DNA of 64,000 nucleotides from Octopus vulgaris (GCA_951406725.2 OX597817.1:90210001-90274000); one strand, 5' to 3'; positions 40,652 to 54,519 are shown, numbered from the stretch's first letter. Made by a program: numbers and translations. Notes: generated by a model not told the origin, from the letters alone.

Positions 40652-40700
40652 TGGCAGTCTGATGAAAGCTAGGCAGGCCAAAACTTCAAAGTTACTGTCA
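40652..40700 (+). ncRNA. Minimal type I hammerhead remnant (G12 lost by CpG decay)
   Basis: tggcagt CTGATGA aagctaggcaggcc aAAA CTTCAAAG TT actgtca: 7-bp stem I; same family as 19609-19652. Confidence 0.6.
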
Positions 40701-40789
40701 ACAATATTCTTGAAAGGTAATAACAAATATGTACTCTACAAAAAGTATTGAGTAGTCTTTCTGTTTATTGTAAAATTATCTCTATTATC

Positions 40790-41180
40790 ACTCCACTGAG
40801 GGTGACTTAGCCTTTTATCCTTTCAGGGTCAATGAAATAAGTACCAGTCAAGCACTGGGGTTGATGTAATCAAATAGACCCCTCCTCACAAATTTTAGAC
40901 CTTGTGTTTATAGTAGAAAGAATTATAACTCAGCATGAAACTAAACATTAATATGTATGTAAATATTTAAGGCAGCAAGCTGTCAGAATTGTTGGCACAC
41001 TGGGCAAAATGCTTAACAGCATTTCGTCTGTCATCACATTCTGAGTTCAAATTCTGCCAATGTTGACTTCACTTTTCATCCTTTTGGGATTGATAAAATA
41101 AGTGCCAGTAGAGCACCAGGATTGATGTTATCGACTTAAACCTATCCCCTGAACTTGCTAGCTCTGTGCCAAAATTTGAA
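40790..41180 (+). mobile_element. Two SINE family B copies
   Basis: gccttttatcctttcagggtcaatgaaataagtaccag motif, plus a head at about 40968. Confidence 0.75.
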
Positions 41181-41623
41181 CCCAATATGTTTGTATGAAT
41201 ATATGTTCGTACCTGCTCAAACACTCATCAGTTTCTACATTGGCCACTTTTCCGTGCCTGCATAGGTTAGACAAGGAGCTATTTGAAGTAGGAAGCTTTT
41301 CCTGTTGCTGACTCACACACCAATTTTTCTCAAGTAAGGGATTGTTATTTCCAAGATAACTAAAAGCACAAGGTAACCAATTGTGAAGTCAATAAGGAAT
41401 GTTAATACCATCATTGTTTTGCACACACACAGACACACATGAAGGGCTTCCTGCAACTTTCAACACTGAAATTCACTCATAGAGTGTTGGTTGACTCAGT
41501 GCTTTGATAAAAACACTTGCTCAAGCTGTGGTGCAATAGGACTGCATCTAAAACCATGACCTAAAAAATGAAATTTTTAACCACTCACCCATGTTTTGCA
41601 TCTCTCTCTCTCAATATGGATGC

Positions 41624-41668
<45 letters not shown>

Positions 41669-41676
41669 TGTATATA

Positions 41677-41987
41677 TCATCATCATTGTTTAACGTCCGC
41701 TTTCCATGCTAGCATGGGTTGGACAATTTGACTAAGGACTGGCGAACCAGATGGCTGCACCAGGCTCCAATCTGATCTGGCAGAGTTTCTACAGCTGGAT
41801 GCTCTTCCTAATGCCAACCACTCTGAGAGTGTTGTGGGTGCTTTTATGTGCCACTAGCATGAGGGCCAGTCAGACAGTACTGGCAACGGTCACGCTCAAA
41901 TGGTATTTTTTACATGCCACCTGCACAGGAGCCAGTCCAGCAGCACTAGCAATGACCTCACTCAAATGTTCTTTTCATGTGCCAACA
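41677..41987 (-). mobile_element. RTE 3'-end fragment
   Basis: (cat)n followed by sequence matching 570-850. Confidence 0.8.
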
Positions 41988-42144
41988 GTTAAAGCCATAT
42001 ATATATGGAAAGAGCTAGTTTTTATCAAATCTTTAATGCAATGTTGGAACAGTCTGAATGTGGATGAAGGTATGTCATCAGGGCTTTAGTGGAATGTAGA
42101 AACAGTCTGAACTGTTAGAATTATATATTGCCAGTAAGGCGACA

Positions 42145-42216
<72 letters not shown>

Positions 42217-42249
42217 ATATGTATGTGTGTGTGTGTGTGTGTATATATA

Positions 42250-42493
42250 TTCTGTTAAATAATAATTTTAAGCTAAAACTTATAAAAAAGTCTAGTATTT
42301 GGGCATATGAGCCCTTGATAGAAAATAATGGATATTAGTATGCATGGGAATCGAACCCACACCTCTATTCCCATGCATACTAATAACCATTTTCTTCTGT
42401 CAAGGGCTTATATACTCCAATACTAGACCATTTTATATAGCCAATATAGGGTGAATGCTTATAAGTTTAAGCTTATAATTATCATTTACAGAA
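42250..42493. repeat. Foldback inverted repeat (~100-bp arms, 15-nt loop)
   Basis: Perfect 19-bp inner arms at 42333-42351 and 42367-42385; imperfect pairing continues to both ends. Confidence 0.9.
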
Positions 42494-43055
42494 TTTACAC
42501 ACATTACCATTTCTTAATTTAATGCATAATACACACACATACACACATGCAAAACACACACATGTTATGGACTCTTCCATCATTAAATAATGGATGAGGG
42601 TTCTGCAGTTTCTTGTTGAACAACTAGACAGATCATTTGTTTACAATGATCAAATGCTTGTGTTTACATAAGCTCACTCCCTCTGTCAAATCAACATTGC
42701 TTGTACAGGTGCACAAGTATTCCACACACCAGCTATCAAAATGATTACAGAAAAATGTAAAATGAAGTATTTTGCTTAAGAACACAATGCACTACCCGGT
42801 CCAGGAATAGAGCCCAAGAATCTAGCAATTGTGAGTGCATCACCCTAACCACTTAGTTATGCGCCTTCAAACACTCATACACACACAACTTACGTGCACA
42901 TAATTCACACACACATTTAGTGCATCATTATCATAATTTTTATGTCCACTTTTCTAAGCTGGCTCAAACTGGAAGAGACATTTTGATGTAGTATTTTGTG
43001 ACAGCATGCCAGTGTATTTTTATAGATCTTAAAACATGCAGGGATACAATGTACT

Positions 43056-43230
43056 TATTCTTATTTCTTTATTGCCCACAAGGGGCTAAACACAGAGGGG
43101 ACAAACAAGGACAGACAAAGGGATTAAGTCGATTACATCGACCCCAGTGCATATCTGGTACATAATTTATCAACCCCCAAAAGGATGAAAGGCAAAGTCG
43201 ACCTCGGCAGAATTTGAACTCAGAACGTAA
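43056..43230 (-). mobile_element. Young SINE family B variant
   Basis: Near reverse complement of 54860-55000. Confidence 0.85.
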
Positions 43231-43998
43231 AGCCAGGTTACACATGGCACCTGTGTGTGTGTGTGTGTGATTGTCATATAATATCTGTTTTCCATGCTGG
43301 CATGTGTTGGACAACTTGACAGTAACTGGTAAGGCCAAGGGCCACATCAGATTCCATAGTCTGTTTTGGCCTGGTTTCTACAGCTTGATGTCCTTCCTAA
43401 CACCAATACTTTACAGAGTGTACTGGACATTTTTTACATGGCACCATCACTAGTGGTTTTTACATGGTACCAGCACCCACATTAATGCTTTTTACATGGC
43501 ACCTTGGTTTTAGGATATCAATTCTGCTGTGGCAGGCGGGTTTTCTTGAGTTCAGCAATGCATCGCATATCTCAGACTTCTGTCATCCCCTTCATAAGGC
43601 TCAGGATTGTAATATCTCCATCATTGTTTTTATGTCTACTTTTCCATGCGTGAATGGGTCAGATGAGAGTATGTTGAGGCAGAGTTTTTCTACAGCTAAA
43701 TGCCCTTCTTGTTGCCATCCTACCCTTGTTTCCAAGTTTAGTAACAATCTCTTAGTCTATCAAACAACAACGGGGAAGCATTTCATGTGCAAAGCTGAAA
43801 ACATACATCTCTGTTAATAAGCTTATCTTTATAAAGCTCATGTAATATGTTGAAATCTATCATTGTATCAAGAAACCCAAATATCCTTTCACAGTGGACT
43901 GAAAATCAATAATACTGGAAGCAAACCATTGTTTACTAATCAGCAAATGCAAGGGAATATGAACTCCTTCATACAAACACTTACATGCAAATAGCCAC

Positions 43999-44030
<32 letters not shown>

Positions 44031-44031
44031 G

Positions 44032-44064
<33 letters not shown>

Positions 44065-44239
44065 TCGCATGCACACACACACACACACACACACCCACAA
44101 GTAAGCACTCAGGTGTAAAACAAAGTGGAAAAAGTAGTACTCAAAAACCAAAGGTAGAGCAAAAAAAAACTATTTTAGTTGTTGTCATCATGTATTGTAT
44201 GGCAGCAGCACATTGATGACACTACAACAAAAGATTTCT

Positions 44240-44800
44240 TGATTAAGCGTGAATTCTCAAGTTTCCTTGCCACTCTTGTCCAACCATCTCATGATATTGT
44301 CTATCCATTACATTCTTTGCCTGCTTGTTGATCTACTCCCCTCTATTCTTCCTTCCATGATGAATTTTTCCAGATCTCTACTTCTTTGAAAATGGCCATA
44401 ATAGATGAACTTTTTATTTTTTCCCAATTTCAGTTGTCATCTTTTGTCTACTGGTTGTAACACCTATCCATTTGTTCAATGGTCCTTGTAAGAGACTTGT
44501 AACATTCACCTATACATCCACATTTCAAATACTTTGATCATGTCCAAGGTTGATAACCATAAATTCCTATTGGCTAACTGAGTACTTGCACTAACCTTGT
44601 TTTTAACTTAGTTGGGGACACTTTTGCTGGTCCAGATGTTATTAAGCTTTACCACAAATGTTCTTGCCATGGCTAGCCATGTCCTAATTTCTTTCTTACA
44701 AATGGCTTTGTTAGAAATTTGGCCTCCAAGATACTTGTACAATTCAACCTGTTTAAACCTCTCACTGTCTAGTTTGATGTTAACATACACTATTTTATAA
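44240..44800 (-). mobile_element. Degenerate RTE/BovB-like LINE 3' fragment
   Basis: FKQVELYKYLGGQIS..EIRTWLAMAR, FEMWMYR, YYGHF, IMEGRIEG..WIDNI. Confidence 0.7.
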
Positions 44801-45927
44801 AACAATGAGCTGGATTATTTGAGAAAATCTAGTGAGTGAGAGGACCACATCATGCTCCAGTGTCCCTCTTTCACAGAGTTTCCATGGCTAGATGCCCTTT
44901 TTAAAGCCAACCACTTTACAAAGTGTACTGGGTGCTTTTTTTTTATGGAACTGAAGTGATTTTGCAACTTGCAAGACAGAAGGGACCCCGTGAATAAATT
45001 AAGGACAATGTATTAGTCATGCTGGGGCTAAAGTAGATGACACTTATCCATGGTGCTGTGCAATGGGACTGAACATGAAACCATGTGGTTGGAAAGAGAA
45101 CTTCTAAACCATACAACCATTCTTCTACAGAAAGAATTTAAAGATGTTGATTATGAATATCAACAATATGGCTAAGTAAAAATATTCCAGGTGAGTAATA
45201 TGCATATTAAATACATACACAGTGAGGTCTCACATGTGTAATATAATGAGATGATTTTTGAGATAACATTCTATTTTTTTCTGTTTCTCTCCCTAGTTCT
45301 TTCATACAACTTACATGGAAACTATTGTAGCTGAAAACAATTATAATGTATCACAGAATTTTATAGAATTATCAGTACCATCTGGTATTTTACCATAGCC
45401 AATTTGCTTTTGTCTGGTAGTCTTTGATAGCCTCTTATTAAATTCTGAAGAGGATCTTGAAATCTGAAAATATTTTTACAGTCAACACCCTGAGCCACTT
45501 CAAATAGAATTCCGTGATGTTCTGTGTTTCAGTTCTAGTAAAAGAAAGTAGTGGGCAGGGAGGGGAAGGAAGAAAGAAGAATCATGACTGTTGGCCAGTC
45601 ACAGTTCTAGAATAGTTCAAAGCAAAGAATTCTAATGTCTAATGTCAGAATGAGGCAAATGTGGTAATTGGAACTTTCTCTGTATTATAAAGTGCTTCCC
45701 ATGATTCCTTAGAATCCTGAGTATATTGGTGCCGTCATTTCACCAATACTTGATTGGACACTCAAGTAAAGTCAAACTAGTGACATTAAAAAAAAAGCAA
45801 ACAACAAAACACTGAGAGAGGGAAGGGATGAGGCTGCCTTTAAGCAACTTTCATATCAACAATGGTGTTATGTGAATGTTTCAAGAGAGCATGAAGAGTG
45901 GGTGTATGAGTGAGACAGAGGGAGAGA

Positions 45928-45983
<56 letters not shown>

Positions 45984-46499
45984 GAGAGACTGTGTATGAG
46001 GAAGAGAGAAAAAGAGACTGTGAGAATAAAAGAGAGAGAGAGACTGACTGTAAGAATAATGGTGAGATAAAGAGAGATAGAGAGACTGTGAGAATAAAAG
46101 AGAGAAAATGACAATGACAGAAAGAGAGAGAAAAGAGTAAACTGCAAAGAAAGAAGTCAATGAGAGTGAAAGAGGAAGAGAAAGAGAGGAGAAGGGGAAA
46201 AAAAGAGAATATAGGATTAGAAGGAGGGGGCAATGTAAGGATATTACTAAGACAGTGTTTAAGTGTTCTATTGTGTCGGTGAAAATATAGAAACGAGCAA
46301 TATAATTGAGTTATTTTTATAATATATTTAAATGTTAAATATATAAAATGTGAGTATAATTTATGTATGTATCCATGAATATTCAGTAATCCTTTTACTG
46401 GTTTAAGTCACTGGATTATAGCTATGCTGGGGGCACCATCTCTAGATGTTTTAGTCAATTATATCAACTCCAGTACTTCAATGGTTGAGATCCAAATGC

Positions 46500-48185
46500 A
46501 GACATTATACATCCCATCTTCACCACCTTCACCACCATCCTCATTGTCACCATTTTTGCATCTGTTCACCTGCATAGTGCTTTGCTATCAGTTACAGTTA
46601 TTCATCCCCTCCTTGTGAAATTCATCTTCATCCTTCATCTCATCTCTTCTCTGGCTTTTTGTTTTTCCCAGCTCCCATCAGCTTCAAGATCTTCAGGACT
46701 TCCTTATATATTTCAATTCCTCTGAATGCACCACATCACTGTACAAATATAGTCTTCTGTTTTGTATACTACAACCAATTCCTCTTCCATCCAGATTTTT
46801 TCTTAGTCTTTTTTATGTTAAATCCTTCATACACATAAGCATTATAGTAATCTTGCATCGTTTCTTTGCAACCTCAGCAAATCATCTACATGTAACATTG
46901 CATTTCATATGTAAATATTGTACAATCTTCACTTCATGCCAAGAAAGAAATTCTTTGTTATCAGTTGAGGTCATAGCTCTTTGCAATTTTTTCACACATT
47001 CTAATGAACATACCTACAGATCACTCACCTCCACTACTAACTAGGTCACCTATATAACAAAAGACTATCATCAGTTTCAAAGAAGCTCCAAGCATGTACA
47101 GAAATTCATCTTCTTTGTACTCCTGCTGCTAGCTATTTTCATATTTGTCATATATAATGTTATGTTCTCTATCAGCCTGCCTGTCATTCCACCACACCTT
47201 TCTGCATTCATAGTTTACATTCCTATCAACATCTTTTCTGCAAATCAGATATGCCCATTTTTTTGACAGCAGTGAAGTCTTGTTTTCTTTCCTGTTAACT
47301 GAAACTTGAATCTTTTTAAGGTCTAATTTAAGGCTTGTCATTTCTAAGTTTTGCTTCATGGTTTGGAATATTCCTTTTAAATTTATGACAAATTTAGGTA
47401 TGAGAACAAGGACATTGGGATACATAAGTTCCCATGATTAACCACTCTTAAACTTTTTTGCTGTGGTCTGGAGAACAATAACAAAAAGAATGGGACTGAG
47501 AACTGAACCCTGATGTACATGAAATTGCACTCCAAATTCCTTGCTGAACTCATTGTTAACTCTCACCTTGCAGACAGCATCTCTGTAGATGGCTCTCACA
47601 AGCCATTTATTCCTAGTTTTCTTAGCAGCCAGTAGACTATAGAGTGTAAAACTCTGTCAAAATCTTTCCCAGTTTGAAAAAATTTTGAGAGGGCTATTTC
47701 TAGTTTTTGTTGTCTCAATAGGATGAGGAAAGCATAAGTGGTAATCTGTCTTGGTATAAACCCAAACAGTATCTCCTCTAGGCTGATCCTGAAGGTAGCT
47801 CCTCTGTCAACTATGCATTGCATATAAATCCCCTGCTAGCAACATAAACAAGAATTTTTCACCAGTATAGTTCATTGTAAGAGAACGTCCATGTTTAAGT
47901 GGGGATAAATATTATCTCTCACTATTAATACTGCCTTTGTTGCTAATAAATACTATTATTCTGTATGCATTTCTTCCTGGTGACATTTCAGTTCTCTGTA
48001 GTACAATGTCTTCCAAAGTGAAATGCTTTATGAGTCTGATCCTCACAGTCATCAACCTCTTACATTCAATTTCTCTTCTCGCTAAGTATATCTGATGCTT
48101 ACTCTCTCTTCTTGCCACTTGGTACTGCACTTTAGTACCCTAGTCTCACCAGGCCTGTTGTATAGCTTTTATAGTTCTACCCATG
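46500..48185 (-). mobile_element. Old, highly degenerate RTE LINE
   Basis: YQVARRESKHQIYLAR, FGFIPR, DFDRV..WLLRKLGI, VHQGSVLSP. Boundaries approximate. Confidence 0.7.
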
Positions 48186-48215
48186 AAATACACAAACATG
48201 TATGCACACATACAT

Positions 48216-48260
<45 letters not shown>

Positions 48261-48312
48261 TACACAGACAAACACACACATTAAAAGTCAACTAATATTC
48301 AATACCACAAAT

Positions 48313-48554
48313 CTTTTATCTTTTACTTGTTTCAGTCATTGGACCATGGCCATGCTGGGGCACCACCTTGAAGGGTTCTAGTTGAACAAATTGATATCAG
48401 GACATATGCCTTTTAAGCCTGGTACTTATTCTATTCATCTCTTTTTTGCTGAACTGCTAAGTTATAGGGATGGAAACACACCAACACCAATTGTCAAGTG
48501 GTGGTGGGGGAACAAACACAAACATAAAGATGCGCACACATGCACACACACACG

Positions 48555-48599
<45 letters not shown>

Positions 48600-48772
48600 A
48601 CATATATATATGACAGGCTCCTTTCAATTTCCGTCTACCATATTCATTTTCAAGGCTTTGGTCAGCCAGAGGCTATCGTAGAAGATGTGAGCCCAAAGTG
48701 TCATACAGTGGGAATGAACCTGGAACCATGTGGTTGGGAAGCAAGCTTTTTACCACACAGGCATGCCTGCAC
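48313..48772 (-). mobile_element. SINE family A
   Basis: Diverged full-length match to 10132-10542. Confidence 0.8.
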
Positions 48773-49083
48773 CTAAATATGGGTAGATGTTTTAATGAAA
48801 TTTTAGTCTAAAAAATGGGACCAGTGGTTTCATATTAATTTATGTGGGAATAAGTTTGGTTTATTTACCAATAAATTTTTACCAGAAAAATTTATTAATA
48901 TCTTGTCAAAATGGCTGAAGATGATCATATGAAATCACCGATCCCAGGTTTTAGACTGAAATTTCATTAAATCTACAAAAGTGTTTGTGTGCACGTACAT
49001 ACATACATACATACATACATACATGCATACATACATACATACATGCATACATACATACATACATACATACATACATACATACA

Positions 49084-49129
<46 letters not shown>

Positions 49130-49137
49130 CATGCATG

Positions 49138-49705
49138 AGATCATAACCCGTGGCCTCTACCTGGTATGTAGCCGGTCGACTTATACATACATTTCCTTCT
49201 TGGGACACAAAACTCCACTTGTGAAGACCCGTTGAGGCAAGTGAAAATCAAAATCAAAATCAAATCAAACCAAATCAAATCAGATATCAGAAAGCAGAAC
49301 CAAAATCTAAGTCGATCAACATCAATAGAAATTGTGGCTGTGATACCAGTGCCGGTGACAAGTAAGCGAACCATCCGATCGTGGCCGTTGCCAGCACCAC
49401 CCCGACTGGCCTCCGTTCGTGGCTGTTGCCAGCCTTGCCTGGCCCCCATGCCGGTGGCACGTAAAAGCACCATCCGTTCGTGGCCGTTTGCCAGCTCCGT
49501 CTCGCTCCTGTGCAGGTGGCACGTAAAAAGCACCCACTACACTCGCAGAGTGGTTGGCGTAAGGAAGGGCATCAAGCCATAGAAACACTGCCAGATCAGA
49601 CTGGGCCTGATGCAGCCTTCTGGCTTCACAGACCCCAGTTGAACTGTCCAACCCATGCTAGCATGGAAAACGGACGCTAAATGATGATGATGTTGATGAT
49701 AATGA

Positions 49706-49707
<2 letters not shown>
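49138..49707 (+). mobile_element. RTE LINE 3'UTR-only copy
   Basis: Reverse complement of 546-1085, including the tandem units and tail. Confidence 0.88.
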
Positions 49708-49758
<51 letters not shown>

Positions 49759-50152
49759 TAGATAGATAGATAGATAGATAGAAAGATAGATAGATAGATA
49801 GACAGACAGGCAGACAGATAGACAGACAGACAGACAGACAGATAGATAGATAGATAGATGTATTTTTCCCTTGTTAACAATTAACACGGAAAAAATATAT
49901 AAATAGTTACCAGGATAGCAAAAAAATCACACAAGTAAAAAGGTTGTAACTCCTTGTTTTTAAAGGTAGAAACTTCAGGTTTACATGAAATATTTTGTAT
50001 AATATATAGATATATAATATACAAATAAATACATGCATACACACACACTTACATACATATGTATATATACACATGCACACTGATGCACACACATGTGCAC
50101 AAACAAACAAACAAAAAGAACACAGCTCTCATAATGGACAGGGTCAATGACA

Positions 50153-50191
<39 letters not shown>

Positions 50192-50214
50192 AATAAAATA
50201 TATGCATATATATA

Positions 50215-51019
50215 AACATATATGTACGTACCTACCTCTACATGTACATATACACGCATATATGTGTACAGGACACCAAAAGGACGTCGAACACATAGAG
50301 AGACGAAAAACATAGACACAAACCAAGGAACAAGACAAGCAAAAAAAGGAAATACAGGACAATAAGCACAACGAAAAATCCCCTTCTTCAGTCGCTAAAG
50401 TTTCATCTACTAAACGTTTCGAAGGATAAAAGCGAGACGTATACTTCGAATGAAAAATTCCTTCCCGCGAAAAGCAAATCAATTAAAATTCTGAGATCTT
50501 GTCGCAGAGGGGTAAAAAAAAGGCAAGACGGTAACGACAGTACAAACATATAAACAGTAAAAAATATATATATAAACAGTGGAAAAATAAATATATAACA
50601 GTGAGAGACAGGACAAGGAGAACAAGATAAGAAGGGCTGTTAACGCCAGACGAAAAAAGTATTGCAAACGCTGGATTATAGTGGACGACGAGAGAGGAAG
50701 ATGTCGACCAGTGGCCTTAGAAGGCAGGCGAAAAAGGACGGGATAGCAGTTACGACGGAAGTACGTCGCAGATGGACGACGGGAATGGGGGAGGAGGAGC
50801 AAGAGGAAGAGAGAGAAGAAGGGGAATGGTGCGAGGAGACCATGAAGAACAGTGAGGGGGAGAGAGAGAGGAAGAGACAAGTTAAGTGAGGGAAAAAAGA
50901 CGAAAAAGGGAATGGGAGAGAAAGAAAGAAAGATGCAGAGTCGCGTGAGAGTTAATATCAAGGCGAACTTGATAAACAGAACAATCTTACTTAATAGGGT
51001 GCGTGCGTTTAGTCGTATA
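50215..51019 (-). mobile_element. CpG-rich insertion flanked by a ~30-bp direct repeat (possibly Penelope-like)
   Basis: atatgttaataaaatatatgcatatatata at 50185-50214 and 51020-51049. Family and strand are tentative. Confidence 0.55.
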
Positions 51020-51052
51020 ATATGTTAATAAAATATATGCATATATATATAT

Positions 51053-51100
<48 letters not shown>

Positions 51101-53816
51101 ATAGTGTCTGAAGAGAGTCATTCTCATTTAGTGCATTATCATTTAACACACTCACCTGTTCGATTTCCGCTCATTTACTTATTTATTTTTCTAAAATTTT
51201 CGTTGTCTCTTGCAACCTTTTCAATAGTCATTGACTCTGTCCATTACCAGACCTGTGTTCTTTTTGTTTGTTTGTGCACATGTGTGTGCATCAGTATGCA
51301 TGTGTATATACATATGTATGTAAGTGTGTATGCAAATGCATATATGTATGCATGTGTATACATTTGTATGTATGTAAGCAAATTCATGCAGAATACATAC
51401 ATACATGTACACACACACACACACACACACACACAAAGATGTGTCATGAAATATGTTGCTTAAATATTCAGTGGCATATCACCTAAAAATATTCAGGTCT
51501 CAATTTTACACACACATGCACATATTCTTTTATTCTTTTACTTGTTTCAGTCATTTGACTGCGGCTATGACGGAGCACCACCTATATATATTATAAAACA
51601 ATATATATGTATAAATTATATAAATATATATGTGTGTGTGTATACTATATTTATATATGTGTTTATGATACATATATATATATGTTCATTACACATATAT
51701 TAATATGTATATTTTATATATATATATATAAATATATATAATAACAGTATATAAATAAACTAAGTATCATGTGACCTAAAGCAATTTAAAAGTGAAAGTA
51801 ATATATATATATTTATTGCACATATATTAATATGTATATTATATATATATATATATATATATAATAGCAGTATATATATAAACTAAGTATCATGTGACCT
51901 AAAGCAATTTAAAAGTGAAAATAATGAAATCTCCCATCTCCCGTCAGCTCATAGCTGCTGATATTATTGAAAAGATAGAAATTGATGGATAACTCACACT
52001 GTGAATAAAAATCAATAATCCGTATGATATTGTCCAAATATAGATTTCCAATCATGAATGAGATTTCAAAAAAGGAAAAAATTATGTAAAAAAATGCCAG
52101 CACCCATGATGCAATTATTATTTTTATTTTTTACATTTATTCTCATTGTGTAGCACCTTGGCCAAGTGTCTTCTACTATAGCCCATGTCTAAACAAAGTG
52201 TAAATAGTTTTGGTTGATAGAAAGTAAAAGAAGCCAATCATGTATATGTATAAATATATATTGAGTGTCAAACTGATACATTCCTTGTGCACAACCTCTT
52301 GTGTGTTATTGTTAATTTTATTCTTCGTTTATTTGAATTAACTATGCATATACATACATATATACATACATACATATACACACACACACACACACACACA
52401 TACATACATATATATATATATATATAATTTTTTTGTCAATCATTTCTATGTAACCCTAGCTTTTATGTAACTTGTCCTTCTAACATCCCATCATACATTA
52501 CACTTGTGATAAATAACAGAATCTGGTATGATGGAATGATAAGTTATTTATTGTAACCAAGAGAATACCAGATGCAATACTCTGTCAATATACCCACCTT
52601 GTACCTTAAAGCTCGGTCCTGACACTTCATTAACAAATCACTCAAATCAAACCATCTTTGGTATAGAAAAAGTCATTCAAGATAATGTAGATTTAGTTAC
52701 TCCTTAAAAGAGAAAGGATCCGTTGATCTGTGTCGAGCAGGAGTTAAAAACACAACAATGGTAACAACAATGACATCCACCAATTAGTCATACAACAATG
52801 GTGGCCAACCATCTTAAAACAATTGAAGGATTCAACAGATAATTCAGACCGTGATATGCAACATCTGAATAAAAGTCAAAATGCTTACACATGGAACATC
52901 TTTGAGTATAATTTAAAACAACAATAAAACCTTCATATTGATACAGTATATCAGAAATTATGGTGCTTTGGATCACACTAAGTTATTCCACTGTCTATGC
53001 ACCACAGACCTGCTCCATCAGGAATCCCCCCCTGAGGTCAAATAATGACAACAACAAAAACTGAAATCCAGCTTCTACTAAGACACAAATTCAACACTTC
53101 ATCAGTCTCAAAGAAAATTGGACTGTTACCCAGGAGTACTTCTTTTCTCTTCTCTATGTTGGCTTCAGAAGAGGTAGAGTGGCATAAAGTGTAACTTCAT
53201 ACTTCTTGGTTCCCCACAATGCTGGATAATATTTCTCATGTTAGTCTCAGTCTTGAGACTAACCTCAAGAATACTTTGATACTCCTTAGTACTCCATAAT
53301 GCTACCAGCTGTCACAGTCTTCAGTCAATGAGGTGGTATAAACTAGTTTATAATTACTCTGTACATTCAAATGTCAGCTGTCACATGGTGTTCCACTTTC
53401 AGTGTTTGAGATGGAGGGCAAGAACAGTGGTAAAGGTAGGTGGTAGTGCTAGTGGTATTGATAGGAATTGTGGTGATAATGATGAAGGTGGAACTCATGT
53501 TGACTGTGATGTTGGTAGTGATACTTACTAGCTTACTGGTAGTTGTGGTGTTAATGATAGTGGTGAAGGTGATTGTTGTTTTTGTGAAGAACAGACAGAC
53601 AGAAGGGAAGAGAAAGGAAATATGAAAATAAAAATGGATGAAAGATGAATGCAAGAGGGAAAGGAGGAGTAAGGTAAAATCCAAGAGAGGGTGAGAAGGA
53701 GGGAAAGATATACGGAAAAGGAGTTCGTATGCATGTGTGTGTGTGTGTGTGTGTGCATGCATAAACGAACAGAGTGATGTAAAAGGAAAGGGAGGCAAGG
53801 TAATAAACTGAGAACA

Positions 53817-53886
<70 letters not shown>

Positions 53887-54044
53887 AGATAAATAGATAG
53901 TAGCAGAGAAATCTTTTTAGTGAATGTCTTTTTAAAGTATATTTAGACAATGGATGTAAGAATATTGTGTAGGTTACCTACCATCATCTGACACACCTGC
54001 ACACTCACATAAACATAAGCATTATACACACACATACACATACA

Positions 54045-54084
<40 letters not shown>

Positions 54085-54100
54085 CATACATATATATATA

Positions 54101-54519
54101 GGTGTAGGAGTGGCTGTGTGGTGAGTAGCCTGCTTACCACATGGTTCTGGGTTCATTCCCACTGCATGGCACCTTGGGCAAGTGTCTTCTACTATGGCCT
54201 TGGGTTGACGAAAGCCTTGTAGGAGGATTTGGTAGATGGAAATTGAAAGAAGTCCGTCATATATATGTATATATATATATATATGTATGTGTGTGTATAT
54301 GTTTGTATGTCTGTGTTTGTTTCCCCCAACATCGCTTGACAACTGATGGTGGTGTGCTTATGTCCCCGTAACTTAACAGTTCAGCAAAAGAGATCGATAG
54401 AATAAGTACTAGGCTTACAAAGAATAAGTCCTGGGGTTGATTTGCTTGACTGAAGGCAGTGCTCCAGCATGGCTGCAGTCAAATGACTGAAACAAGTAAA
54501 AGAGTAAAAGAGTAAAGAG
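54101..54519 (+). mobile_element. Full-length SINE family A
   Basis: Reverse complement of 10132-10542. Confidence 0.87.

Noticed and set aside
50378-50427. Permuted (type II) hammerhead on -: GAAAC..CTGAAGA
   Set aside because: No stem I hairpin forms between the putative cleavage site and CUGAAGA, and stem II pairing is poor.
53265-53309. Possible Epac exon LVALWSTKEYQSILE ending at GAG|gttagt
   Set aside because: No polypyrimidine tract, an in-frame stop immediately upstream, and only trivial similarity; the nearby 10-bp hairpin at 53240-53263 could be chance.
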